From a virus (lineage: Duplodnaviria > Caudoviricetes): a stretch of DNA of 46,042 bases. The position numbers and the translations under genes are program-made. Where the stretch lies: the IMG/VR virus record IMGVR_UViG_3300044941_000055, positions 1 through 46,042 of that record. One strand, 5' to 3'. Under the pieces are notes generated by a model. The model was not told the origin of the DNA, did no database searches, and saw nothing but the letters and a program-made list of their open reading frames with translations. Positions 40,101-46,042 of the stretch are shown piece by piece (the stretch's first letter is position 1; the number at the start of each line of letters is the position of its first letter).

Positions 40101-43100
40101 GATAGTATACATGCACCAGCAATAACTGCCGCCGCTCCCAATACTCCTGCCACATTTTTGGCGATTTCAGCCGCTACGCCCAAATCGACACCTGTTACAG
40201 ACATTAAGCCCTGAGCCATTTTCACAATAGCTATGCCAAGCAACAAAATGGCTGGCGTCAATAACAACAGAGCTAAGGCACCCTTGCCCATCAACACAAT
40301 CGCCGCACCAAGTCCGATGCCGCCTGTAAATTCGCCTAATCCTGTAACCAATGTGCCCAATGCAGCCAAACCATATGCCGCACCCATTACCCCTAGAGCA
40401 ATTACACCAGCGGCAATAAGAATTGCACCAACATCCATAGCAACTTTTGCTGCTGTTGATGCATCAAGACCAAATGCTCCCAGAATCTTTTGGCTCATCC
40501 ATACAATTGCACTGGCCAACAAAACAATTGCTGGTGCAAGAATCAGAAGTGCTGCCGCTCCCTTGAGCATAGGCATGATTATTTTAGATGGGTTTTGGAA
40601 TAAAGGACTATCTTTAAATTCATCTAATGCTTCTACAGCTTCATTTACGCCATAAGCAATACCGCCAGCCGCTACTGCGATTGCCGCAATGGTTGCTGCT
40701 GTTTCAGCAACAGTTGATATATCAAGCCCGAAAGCGTTAATTACTTTTTGGCACAACCAAACAAGTGCTGCTCCTAGCACTACTAATGCCGGGCCAATTA
40801 TCAAAATAGCCCCGACAGCTTTCAAAACATCTGTGTAACTTGTTTTGGCCCCTTCTACAAATTCCTTAGATTCCTTGGTTTCGAGAAGTTTATAAACCCC
40901 GATACCAGCGGCAGCAATTGCGGCACCAGCGGCTACAACAGCGGCAATAGTGCCTGCCGTTTGCATTACTGTTGCCATATCCAAACCAAGGAAGTCAAGA
41001 ATCTTCTTGCCCAAGAAGATGATTGCAGCGCCCAAAGCCATAACGCCTACAGCAAGAATTGCGATAGCTGCGGCGTTCTTGGCCATATCGCCGCCCAACT
41101 TGCTCAAAATCCCAGCGTCGAAATCTCCCGCAGGAGCTTCTTGCTTCATATCTTTTGCTTTGAGGGCTTTTTCTGCCTGAATATTCTTGCTTTCTTGTTT
41201 GATATTTGCAGATTTTAGCTTGTTCTCCCGCTTCTCTATCTTCATCTGCTTTTCTTGATGACGACGAATGCTCTTCTCTACTGCGGTTGGTTTTGCCTCA
41301 CTTTGGCTTGCGGCGGCAGCGGGAGCAGGAGTAGCAGCATTAGTTGGGTTTTGATTCAAAGAGCAAATACAGGATTTGATTTGTGCAAGCAAACCAGCTA
41401 CTTCACCCATTATTTTTTCGATGTGAATATCGTGAGTATAAATGGAGCCAGAGTGAGTAGCAGCTTCTGCGGCGTCTTTTTCTGCTTTAAACCCAGCACC
41501 CCATAGAGAATCAAACTCACGGGCATATTTTGCAGGATCAAGAGCCTGTTTCACAAATTCGCCTAGTTGCTGAATTTCATTCCAAATCTTCCAAATGCCC
41601 AGCACGGCCCCGGCAATGATTGCAAGCCAAATAATTAACTTGCCAATCATTGAATCAAATATGGCGCTAAATCCAGCATTAGCAAAATTTCTTAGAGTGT
41701 CATTTATTTCTTTGAGAGTTTGTGCAGCAGAACTTAAAGGATCAAGTTGTGCTTTAGCGGCAGTGTTGGCTTCTTGCTCAGCCTTAGTTATCTTTGCCGT
41801 TAGTTCTCTGAATGCGGCTGGGTCTTTAAGAGCTTTTTCGATTTCGCTAGAATCAATTGACAATTCTTGCTTGCCAGCAGCCTTTAAGCCCTTGTTCACA
41901 CTATCCATTGCACTTTGGATAGCTCCCTTTGCTACATCGGCTTCATTTGTCCATGCAACACCGAGAGCATTCATGTCAGCTTCAAATTCGCCTCGTCTGG
42001 TGCCGAACTTGGCAAGCGCATCGCCCATACTCTTAGCGCCCTTGGCCGCTTCATCCAAAGCGGTCAATGCACCCATTGAAGCACTTAATTTGAGTTTTCT
42101 TTGTTCTTCAAGAACTAACGCCTTTTCTTCCAATGTCAAATTCTGTTGAAGTTTCTTGTTTACATTTGCTAGTTTGTCGGCAAGAGTCTGGCTTGTGTTC
42201 TCAAACGCCTCAATCGTTCCCATCAACTCGCCAGCCTCTACATCAAATGCTGCTTTCAACTGGATGTTGATTCTGGCCTTTGCATCGTCGGTTAGCTGGT
42301 TCCAATTCTGTCTTAATTCCTCTACACTATTTCCAGCTACACCAAACTGGTTCAATGTTCGCATAAACTCTCGGTTCATGCCCTTCATTGCCGCCTTGTT
42401 TTGTAGCAATGTGCCATTGAATAGTTGTGCATAAACTCCCGCTTGACCCGCTGCTTTAGCAAGCAAGGAGAATGTGGAAGCATTTGCCGACAACAACTTA
42501 TTGGTGCTAGTCATAGCGTCCATCAATTTGCCGCCATCAATGCCTACTCTCTTGAAGTTGGCAGATAGTTCAATTATGTTTTTAACCTGTGCTGCTGTCG
42601 CTGTACCGGCAAGTTTCAAATTATCAATGTAGGTCTGGCTGCTCTTTACTACTTCTTCGAGAGCTTCGCCTGTCATTCCAGTGAATCTGGCAATGTCTCT
42701 CATGCCACGACCCATATCACCTATTTGCCCTTCACTGAACTTCAAACCTCGTGCCCAATCCACAAATGTGTCGCCCAAAGCCCCAGCTTCCATTCCCAAT
42801 TGTTCTTCTGTGTTAAGTTGAGCAACAGTAATTGCGTGAGCTTTCTTTAGGTCTTTAAGACCCATCTTCACAGTCTTGGTGTAACGATCAATAAATTGCT
42901 GTCTTGTTTTACCTGTTAGCTTCGAGGTTTTGCCAATATCTTCAAAGGTTCGCATCAATTCCTTGGAACCCTGTGTGGCACCCTCAATTTCATAGGATAG
43001 CTTACGAGCATCTTGGACAAATTTTCTTTCCTTGTCCAATACCCCATCCAGAACCTGACTCATTACATCAAATCCAAGTATCTGATCTTGTATTGTCCCC

Positions 43101-43777
43101 AGAATAGACTTTAGGGCTGTTTCTCTAATTCTGGTTATAGAAAGCTGAGTCATTTCGGCTCGTGCCGCTTTTGCTCTATCCTCAGCTTCTACAGCAGCGG
43201 CACCACCGCCACCGCCGCCACCAGCGCCACCACCTGCGGGTGCTGCACTCCCGCCGCCTTTTCCACCTTTGCCACCACCGCCCGCTCCTGCTGCCGCCTT
43301 CCCGCCAGCACCTTTTGCTATATCTTGTAAAGTTGTGTAAATTTTGTTCAACACACCTTCACAGTGAGTGTCGTGAACGCCGATAGAGTGTTTCTTCAAA
43401 CCTTGCTTCGCAAGATTTTCCATGCTCTTCCAAACAGAAGGTTTAGGGGCATTCTTGTCTTTGGCGGGAGCTTTCTCTGGTTTCTTTTCTTTTTTCTCGT
43501 TTTTGTTTTCAGCTATTTCTTTGAGAACATCGACCATTTGTTTCAAATAGTCTTTTTGTTCTTTCACGGAATCTTTAAAGTCTTTTGTGTATGTCTCGAA
43601 TAGTTTGACTAATTTATCATTAGGCGCAGCAGCATCGCCACCTTTAGCAAAAGGCTTCGCATCGCCCACAGCTTTTTTAGCAGAGGCGGCTATTAAACCC
43701 TTGATTTCTTGCAAGGAAAGATTGGCAGTCTTTTGTCCTTCTACTAATCTTCCCAAATCATCGTATAATTGAGCCAT
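34169..43777 (-). CDS. Tail tape measure protein (3202 aa)
   Basis: Very long Ala/Gly/Ile-rich helical ORF with hydrophobic central region and Trp/Phe-anchored repeats, upstream of baseplate genes. Confidence 0.9.
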   Translation of the reverse strand: MAQLYDDLGRLVEGQKTANLSLQEIKGLIAASAKKAVGDAKPFAKGGDAAAPNDKLVKLFETYTKDFKDSVKEQKDYLKQMVDVLKEIAENKNEKKEKKPEKAPAKDKNAPKPSVWKSMENLAKQGLKKHSIGVHDTHCEGVLNKIYTTLQDIAKGAGGKAAAGAGGGGKGGKGGGSAAPAGGGAGGGGGGGAAAVEAEDRAKAARAEMTQLSITRIRETALKSILGTIQDQILGFDVMSQVLDGVLDKERKFVQDARKLSYEIEGATQGSKELMRTFEDIGKTSKLTGKTRQQFIDRYTKTVKMGLKDLKKAHAITVAQLNTEEQLGMEAGALGDTFVDWARGLKFSEGQIGDMGRGMRDIARFTGMTGEALEEVVKSSQTYIDNLKLAGTATAAQVKNIIELSANFKRVGIDGGKLMDAMTSTNKLLSANASTFSLLAKAAGQAGVYAQLFNGTLLQNKAAMKGMNREFMRTLNQFGVAGNSVEELRQNWNQLTDDAKARINIQLKAAFDVEAGELMGTIEAFENTSQTLADKLANVNKKLQQNLTLEEKALVLEEQRKLKLSASMGALTALDEAAKGAKSMGDALAKFGTRRGEFEADMNALGVAWTNEADVAKGAIQSAMDSVNKGLKAAGKQELSIDSSEIEKALKDPAAFRELTAKITKAEQEANTAAKAQLDPLSSAAQTLKEINDTLRNFANAGFSAIFDSMIGKLIIWLAIIAGAVLGIWKIWNEIQQLGEFVKQALDPAKYAREFDSLWGAGFKAEKDAAEAATHSGSIYTHDIHIEKIMGEVAGLLAQIKSCICSLNQNPTNAATPAPAAAASQSEAKPTAVEKSIRRHQEKQMKIEKRENKLKSANIKQESKNIQAEKALKAKDMKQEAPAGDFDAGILSKLGGDMAKNAAAIAILAVGVMALGAAIIFLGKKILDFLGLDMATVMQTAGTIAAVVAAGAAIAAAGIGVYKLLETKESKEFVEGAKTSYTDVLKAVGAILIIGPALVVLGAALVWLCQKVINAFGLDISTVAETAATIAAIAVAAGGIAYGVNEAVEALDEFKDSPLFQNPSKIIMPMLKGAAALLILAPAIVLLASAIVWMSQKILGAFGLDASTAAKVAMDVGAILIAAGVIALGVMGAAYGLAALGTLVTGLGEFTGGIGLGAAIVLMGKGALALLLLTPAILLLGIAIVKMAQGLMSVTGVDLGVAAEIAKNVAGVLGAAAVIAGACILSAYALAQLGIWLGSPAAVGMVPLIWSGAKAILILIPAMMLMATAILLLGQAMQKASGLDLNEAKKIAENVAGIIGAAGVIAGACLGAAAALSLLGLAMTTGTFWWMAVLMIPGAAALAVLTPAMIKMAQVIIEMAQGLMKGGIDPSTAAGVAENVSKLIEASGSIAKSVLEGAGFMALLGALVFSPLAWIMVGLMFLGAKAFQALAPAILRMTMAIVMLGQAAVAAAGGVGKLDATIAGVKKISEAITAVSEIFTTLYDKIVPLTSQSWWSFFRFSSTIQVIEKAIPEFAASFKTITNFVRDGIIIPLRQFGKEGKRLIQATKTAKLVRDAIVAAGDIMTTIEKVVVPMATKSWYNVFGSTTLEKLDKAVPKFQKSFNSIINFVKEGVVGPVNSAFRNLKKLSQATSVAKAIASVIGAVGPMMDSITKVVLDLCERPSFLLIFSGRSKAEKLEEAMPQFQATFEKVVKFVKEGVVGPVVSAFRNLKKVNSAIAVAKGIAESVAAIANVVDVLANKITPMTERGGWWARNFGDARSKMDKIEGMIPDFRRVFAIMVNFLKDSLIGIVVAAFPNLQAVNGVLPIVEGVGKAVAAIAEMMDALVNKLAPMAQRGGWWARNFGDARSPLEKLEAAKPDIERSFLSIVNFIRGLMGSVQAAFPDLQRAEAAINTIKKVGEALTAVQEIMETFQEISRTVNPWGAMSAIFGDIFGKVSPLEAAIPQIQQTFMAITKFVKEGIVQPVSAMNVGGLAKAVQKLKLMSQAMELMEDMVNSVQGMMGLTQGSSTTTTTGMLWWKKTVTTVVQPMTTQMQAAIPAIRQTFAAIVDFVKDGIVAPIEPLKTINLKGTVKTMIMAEKAISLVPEIIGGLNDAMNELLAFTNSKFTKSGAMNTEIAARYKGWFEWIAYFVREGIVKPMEGIGDVGMLKVVAKRMHWAAKILDATPTIIDGLIEAMDGILELGQDKFTSSGAKNTQIAASYKGWFEWVAYFVREAIVKPMGNIGEVGELKNVGKKMIWAAKILDSFPKIVTGLNNSMDAVNALAAGKFLTTKEDNTKIANNYRGWFEWVAYFVRAAIIEPAKGLGEVRELQTVAKIMCAAANILIAFPKIVRGLNGSMDAVNELAAGKFLTTREQNTAIAARYKGWFEWVAYFVRTAIIEPAKGLGDVQELAVTAKAITYAEKILTATPRVIIGLGKAMDEINNLAEDKFTSSGSKNTQIAARYRGWFEWVAYFVRVALVEPVLTEFPDIKKLMDASRIISAMQRIIAAVPKIIIGLSQTMGLMSGASGYLDDDFPMDKDRFAVWFRRIAVFLRDGIVDPILTELPEPKTILLAQRILTAMNAIISRLPVMIRNLSRMFMPMNPNDCIADSPIAMLAAGVEQFKAWFRSITSFLREGIIWPIIESLPTEEEIAAAEANLGVTVEILKAVPPFIQKLAGAVMDLVGVIMGQPFLGAFTQYAATWFGGIATSLNTGIISPIRMMPSSDELDEVNAQLTSLGDIVRKTTEVCNTIAESIGPLVSGWWWFSPIASIGGQASKFAYYWDGISKVLNEGIITPIKKNLPASAEIEEAAKRINSLADVLAGLKNSLDMLAQIMQELQGMNIDMEMLKALPIAELAALGMGGKMGQANTGAAAGGEAVNGSTPTEKVQDEKTARKEQEASTSMSKDMDQFMITAITPGNGLYVTDLALIQTLKEIFKDGIEVSTQVEAKVSEQNKQESKTLSAEELKKLAEKKSTTPTGPLSQARANALGTNQGAGVLSGAMPRGSVRPAMDRASGGLNPAVVMPRGQTTPEERMRRMGAAADRTGATGVNPYTQRRDRLASQRASQRSAETQAIETAQSRIAQQAQRATGAVGAETTTARPTTPTASAVPPVSDVHSQVRQNSASTEPATTQVNSPELSEIAAAASEETELSKQMVTLLEQMLKLFKGGSSQAGNSGGGGQSTLANNIVQKPNNYYRWPTGNQFQQGAKQVLNLGAGIV
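36400..37470 (-). repeat. Five coding repeats with 243-bp (81-aa) period in the tape measure gene
   Basis: NT.IA..Y[KR]GWFEW[VI]AYFVR recurs at 243-nt steps from about 36421. Confidence 0.9.
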
Positions 43778-43827
43778 TTACACCTACGAAAATTACATCT
43801 TATTGATAAAAGAGAGTCCCTTATTGT

Positions 43828-43833
43828 TATTTA
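43828..43833 (-). promoter_or_regulatory. T4-like late promoter core (TAAATA) upstream of the tape measure gene
   Basis: GTAAATAAC in the intergenic region; the same TAAATAAC precedes the gp2-like gene. Confidence 0.45.
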
Positions 43834-43840
43834 CACTAAT

Positions 43841-44389
43841 TTAGCTTAATCCTTGCAAATTTCCGGTATTAACACCAGTTGGTTGCTCTGGGGTTGCAGC
43901 GGCAGCAGGATTAGTCAAGCGTTGGATTTGTTCACGAACAGAACGACGAATTGCGTCCACTTCTGACGGGTTCAGGGATCGAACCGAGGCGAGAACATTT
44001 AACAGGAAGGCACAATCTAGTTTTCTAATTTGCCTTATGCCACGTCTTTTGTATTGGCGGAAGGCTGAAACTATATATTCATCTCCCTTAATGTTAGAGT
44101 AAGAAAAGCCTAGATTGTTGCAGTTTGGCTGCAACAACCTTTTAATATCTGGGAATGTCAGATAGTGCATATTCACTCCACGAATATAATTCTGCCAAAT
44201 GTCGGTTATCAACACCAACGGATACGGATCGTGACCGGGCTTGTGAAACGTGTAATTGAAACTCACCAGACTGCCCTTTGTGATCGTTTGGGTCATGTGG
44301 CCATAGATCGGGCCGTACTGATTTGCCGGAAGTCTTGGCCCGTAAGGGGTTTGTCCAAATTGTGCAGGGGTGAAAAGATTCTCGTTCAT
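43841..44389 (-). CDS. DNA end protector protein (T4 gp2-like)
   Basis: DPYPLVL...RGVNMHYL...FSY..IK...AFRQY pattern; start set at ATG 44389. Confidence 0.72.
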   Translation of the reverse strand: MNENLFTPAQFGQTPYGPRLPANQYGPIYGHMTQTITKGSLVSFNYTFHKPGHDPYPLVLITDIWQNYIRGVNMHYLTFPDIKRLLQPNCNNLGFSYSNIKGDEYIVSAFRQYKRRGIRQIRKLDCAFLLNVLASVRSLNPSEVDAIRRSVREQIQRLTNPAAAATPEQPTGVNTGNLQGLS

Positions 44390-44394
44390 GGAGT

Positions 44395-44400
44395 TATTTA
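44395..44400 (-). promoter_or_regulatory. T4-like late promoter core, near-leaderless
   Basis: CTAAATA-ACTCC-ATG with no RBS. Confidence 0.5.
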
Positions 44401-44402
44401 GA

Positions 44403-44431
44403 TTTACAACGGGCAAATTGTGGGGTAGAAT
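44403..44431 (+). promoter_or_regulatory. Sigma70-like promoter
   Basis: TTTACA-N17-TAGAAT upstream of the plus-strand gene pair. Confidence 0.65.
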
Positions 44432-44495
44432 AAGTGGGAGTACCCGAAAGATACCCGTATCTTCTGCGGAGGGGGACCAACGAAAGGCAAAAACC

Positions 44496-44801
44496 ATGTG
44501 GCTTTACTGTCCCAAGTGCAATCACCAGAAAGATGTAGGAAGCTACAGTCTTTACTACGTTTATTCTTGTGACGCCTGTAGCCACAAATTCCGTGGCATT
44601 CATGCCAAAATCAACAAGCTGTATCACACACTAATTGGAATTTTGACTCCCCGATGGAGCCGCACAGATACAACTTGCTGCATCCATTGTGGTTCAAACG
44701 TCCGAGGCGACGATCAGGGTTGGTGGCCTAATACTTGTAGTTCTTGTGGGAAGAACCTTCCCACAACACCGGCAGAGCAAACGAATGAAACTGTGGCTTG
44801 A
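44496..44801 (+). CDS. Double zinc-ribbon protein
   Basis: CPKC, CDAC, CIHC, CSSC; AAGG RBS before ATG 44496. Confidence 0.7.
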   Translation: MWLYCPKCNHQKDVGSYSLYYVYSCDACSHKFRGIHAKINKLYHTLIGILTPRWSRTDTTCCIHCGSNVRGDDQGWWPNTCSSCGKNLPTTPAEQTNETVA

Positions 44802-45132
44802 TGACGAACGTGATCCCCGTGACCCCAAAATCCAAGATTGGTTTGGGGCAGAAGGTAATGAAATTTGGGCAAAGACCGCCGCTGTCGCCATCAACTATTT
44901 GAAGTTGGGGACAGTGGAATCGGTTTCTCTCGACCACGATCTTGGTCCGCCGTCCGCTGGTACAGGCATGGATGTTGCCAAGTGGATTGAAGAACAAGCC
45001 TTTCACGGGAATATTCCCCGGCTTGTATGGGCTGTGCATTCCAAAAATTCGGTCGGTGCCAAAAACATGGAGCAGGCACTTCGGAATGCCGACAAATTCT
45101 GGGATCAAAACGAAAAAGCCACTCAAGGTTGA
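44785..45132 (+). CDS. Cyclic-phosphate-processing receiver-like domain protein
   Basis: KLWLDDER, SLDHDLG, TG.DV..WIEE, HS.N..G motifs. Confidence 0.85.
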   Translation: MKLWLDDERDPRDPKIQDWFGAEGNEIWAKTAAVAINYLKLGTVESVSLDHDLGPPSAGTGMDVAKWIEEQAFHGNIPRLVWAVHSKNSVGAKNMEQALRNADKFWDQNEKATQG

Positions 45133-45143
45133 GTGGCTTTTTC
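45112..45143. terminator. Bidirectional Rho-independent terminator
   Basis: GAAAAAGCCACTCAA-GG-TTGAGTGGCTTTTTC between convergent genes. Confidence 0.9.
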
Positions 45144-45157
45144 TGTTCATTCAATTC

Positions 45158-45286
45158 TTACGGAATGCATATTCCGCAAGTGGCACAAATAATTATTTTG
45201 ATTACAAACCAAAGTATCAAGCCGATTGTGCCGAATCCGGCTAGTCTATACTTAAATTTGTTTAACCATTCTACAAATTTCTGCAT
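45158..45286 (-). CDS. 42-aa membrane protein (not in ORF track)
   Basis: Hand translation MQKFVEWLNKFKYRLAGFGTIGLILWFVIKIIICATCGICIP; starts 2 nt after the Pmp3 stop. Confidence 0.65.
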   Translation of the reverse strand: MQKFVEWLNKFKYRLAGFGTIGLILWFVIKIIICATCGICIP

Positions 45287-45288
45287 AA

Positions 45289-45483
45289 TTAGTCTCTTTC
45301 TTTAAGAATTACATAGAATGCATGAATAAGTCCGGGGAAATAACCAAAGAGCGTCAACACAATGTTGAGCCAAAAGTGCATTCCCAAACCAACTTGCAAA
45401 GCTACTCCCAACGGTGGGATAAAGAAAGCAACAATTAGGCGAATCATGTCATTAAAAGAATAATGTGGTGATTCGTCGCCCAT
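45289..45483 (-). CDS. YqaE/Pmp3 family membrane protein
   Basis: AFFIPPLGV...FWLNIVLTLFGYFPGLIHAFYVI; AGGAGG RBS. Confidence 0.92.
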   Translation of the reverse strand: MGDESPHYSFNDMIRLIVAFFIPPLGVALQVGLGMHFWLNIVLTLFGYFPGLIHAFYVILKERD

Positions 45484-45492
45484 TAAGCCTCC

Positions 45493-45606
45493 TTACTTGT
45501 TTTTGCCAAGAATTTTGTCCATGAAATCTTTAACAACTTGTGGTTGAGGTAGGAAATTCCATCCTACGAGCAAACCGGCACCGAACGCTACTACATACCA
45601 AATCAT
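45493..45606 (-). CDS. 37-aa membrane protein (not in ORF track)
   Basis: Hand translation MIWYVVAFGAGLLVGWNFLPQPQVVKDFMDKILGKNK; AGGAGGT RBS. Confidence 0.75.
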   Translation of the reverse strand: MIWYVVAFGAGLLVGWNFLPQPQVVKDFMDKILGKNK

Positions 45607-45639
45607 TTGAACCTCCTTGAGATTATGGGTACACAGTAT

Positions 45640-45966
45640 TTATTCGCCTCGCTCCATATTTTTCAATTTTGTATAATACTGCGGGTCTTCTCGTAAGTGA
45701 GCAATTACGATCTTCAAAAGATCAGCTTTTGATCCGACTACATCTACATCTCGACCCATCTTTCCATCATGTTCTTTCTCGACGTTCAACCCCATCAAGA
45801 TTTGTTTTTTGTCAAACTTTGAAATGTCGATCCCAGACTTGCTCGATAAATTGTGAAGATCAACTTCGTCTAGTTTTCTTTTCAAAAAATGTGAAAAATT
45901 CTCTGGCACATATTCTCCTGTCCCATTGGGGTCGTATGATCCTGTTCCTGCCATTGATGCCCTCAT
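45640..45966 (-). CDS. DUF5661-like protein
   Basis: MG..VE.EH...I..AHL.EDP.YYTKL..ME motif; start uncertain. Confidence 0.75.
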   Translation of the reverse strand: MRASMAGTGSYDPNGTGEYVPENFSHFLKRKLDEVDLHNLSSKSGIDISKFDKKQILMGLNVEKEHDGKMGRDVDVVGSKADLLKIVIAHLREDPQYYTKLKNMERGE

Positions 45967-45987
45967 GCCCGCATCTTGTCCTACATA

Positions 45988-46030
45988 ACCGTTCCCAGAA
46001 ATCTAGGGAAATCTGGGTTTGACGAAATCA
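45988..46030 (-). repeat. Right copy of 43-bp perfect inverted repeat
   Basis: ACCGTTCCCAGAAATCTAGGGAAATCTGGGTTTGACGAAATCA, exact reverse complement of 85-127. Confidence 0.97.
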
Positions 46031-46042
46031 ACCCTGCTCCCT

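Noticed and set aside
34466-43772. Many plus-strand ORFs opposite the tape measure gene
   Set aside because: Antisense shadows with no motifs
23938-43777. Extracellular contractile injection system or T6SS
   Set aside because: Giant tape measure, gp2-like end protector, homing endonucleases and orphan density favour a large phage; head genes are outside the window, so this is not formally excluded
44389-44785. ORF-track starts at 44497, 44370 and 44689
   Set aside because: They create long overlaps; motif onsets, RBS and promoters support 44389, 44496 and 44785
85-46030. The whole window as one transposon with outward terminal repeats
   Set aside because: Repeat identity is sharp inside and decays outside, the opposite of the expected polarity; no transposase inside
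1-46042. Stop-codon reassignment
   Set aside because: Genes are full length and tightly packed under the standard code; TGA occurs in ATGA couplings and TAG ends convergent genes

Overview
A gene-dense, mostly minus-strand segment that looks like part of a large (jumbo-type) myovirus genome. Right to left it carries a gp2-like DNA end protector, a 3202-aa tape measure protein and a T4-like baseplate run (tube initiator, LysM/gp53-like, hub, gp5-like spike, gp25, gp6/J-like wedge, large wedge, tail-collar protein). Next come three paralogous PKD-domain proteins, one with about 47 Pro/Thr-rich repeats, and a loose glycan-modification set (GT9, degenerate GT9-, GT2- and Maf/MptE-like genes, GlmS). 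Also present: a volactin-like actin homologue, a SET-domain methyltransferase, a nucleoside deoxyribosyltransferase-like gene and three homing-endonuclease-like genes. A perfect 43-bp inverted repeat brackets the window (85-127 and 45988-46030). No capsid, sheath, terminase, tRNA, rRNA or CRISPR array was seen. All family calls come from motifs read by eye, not from database searches.
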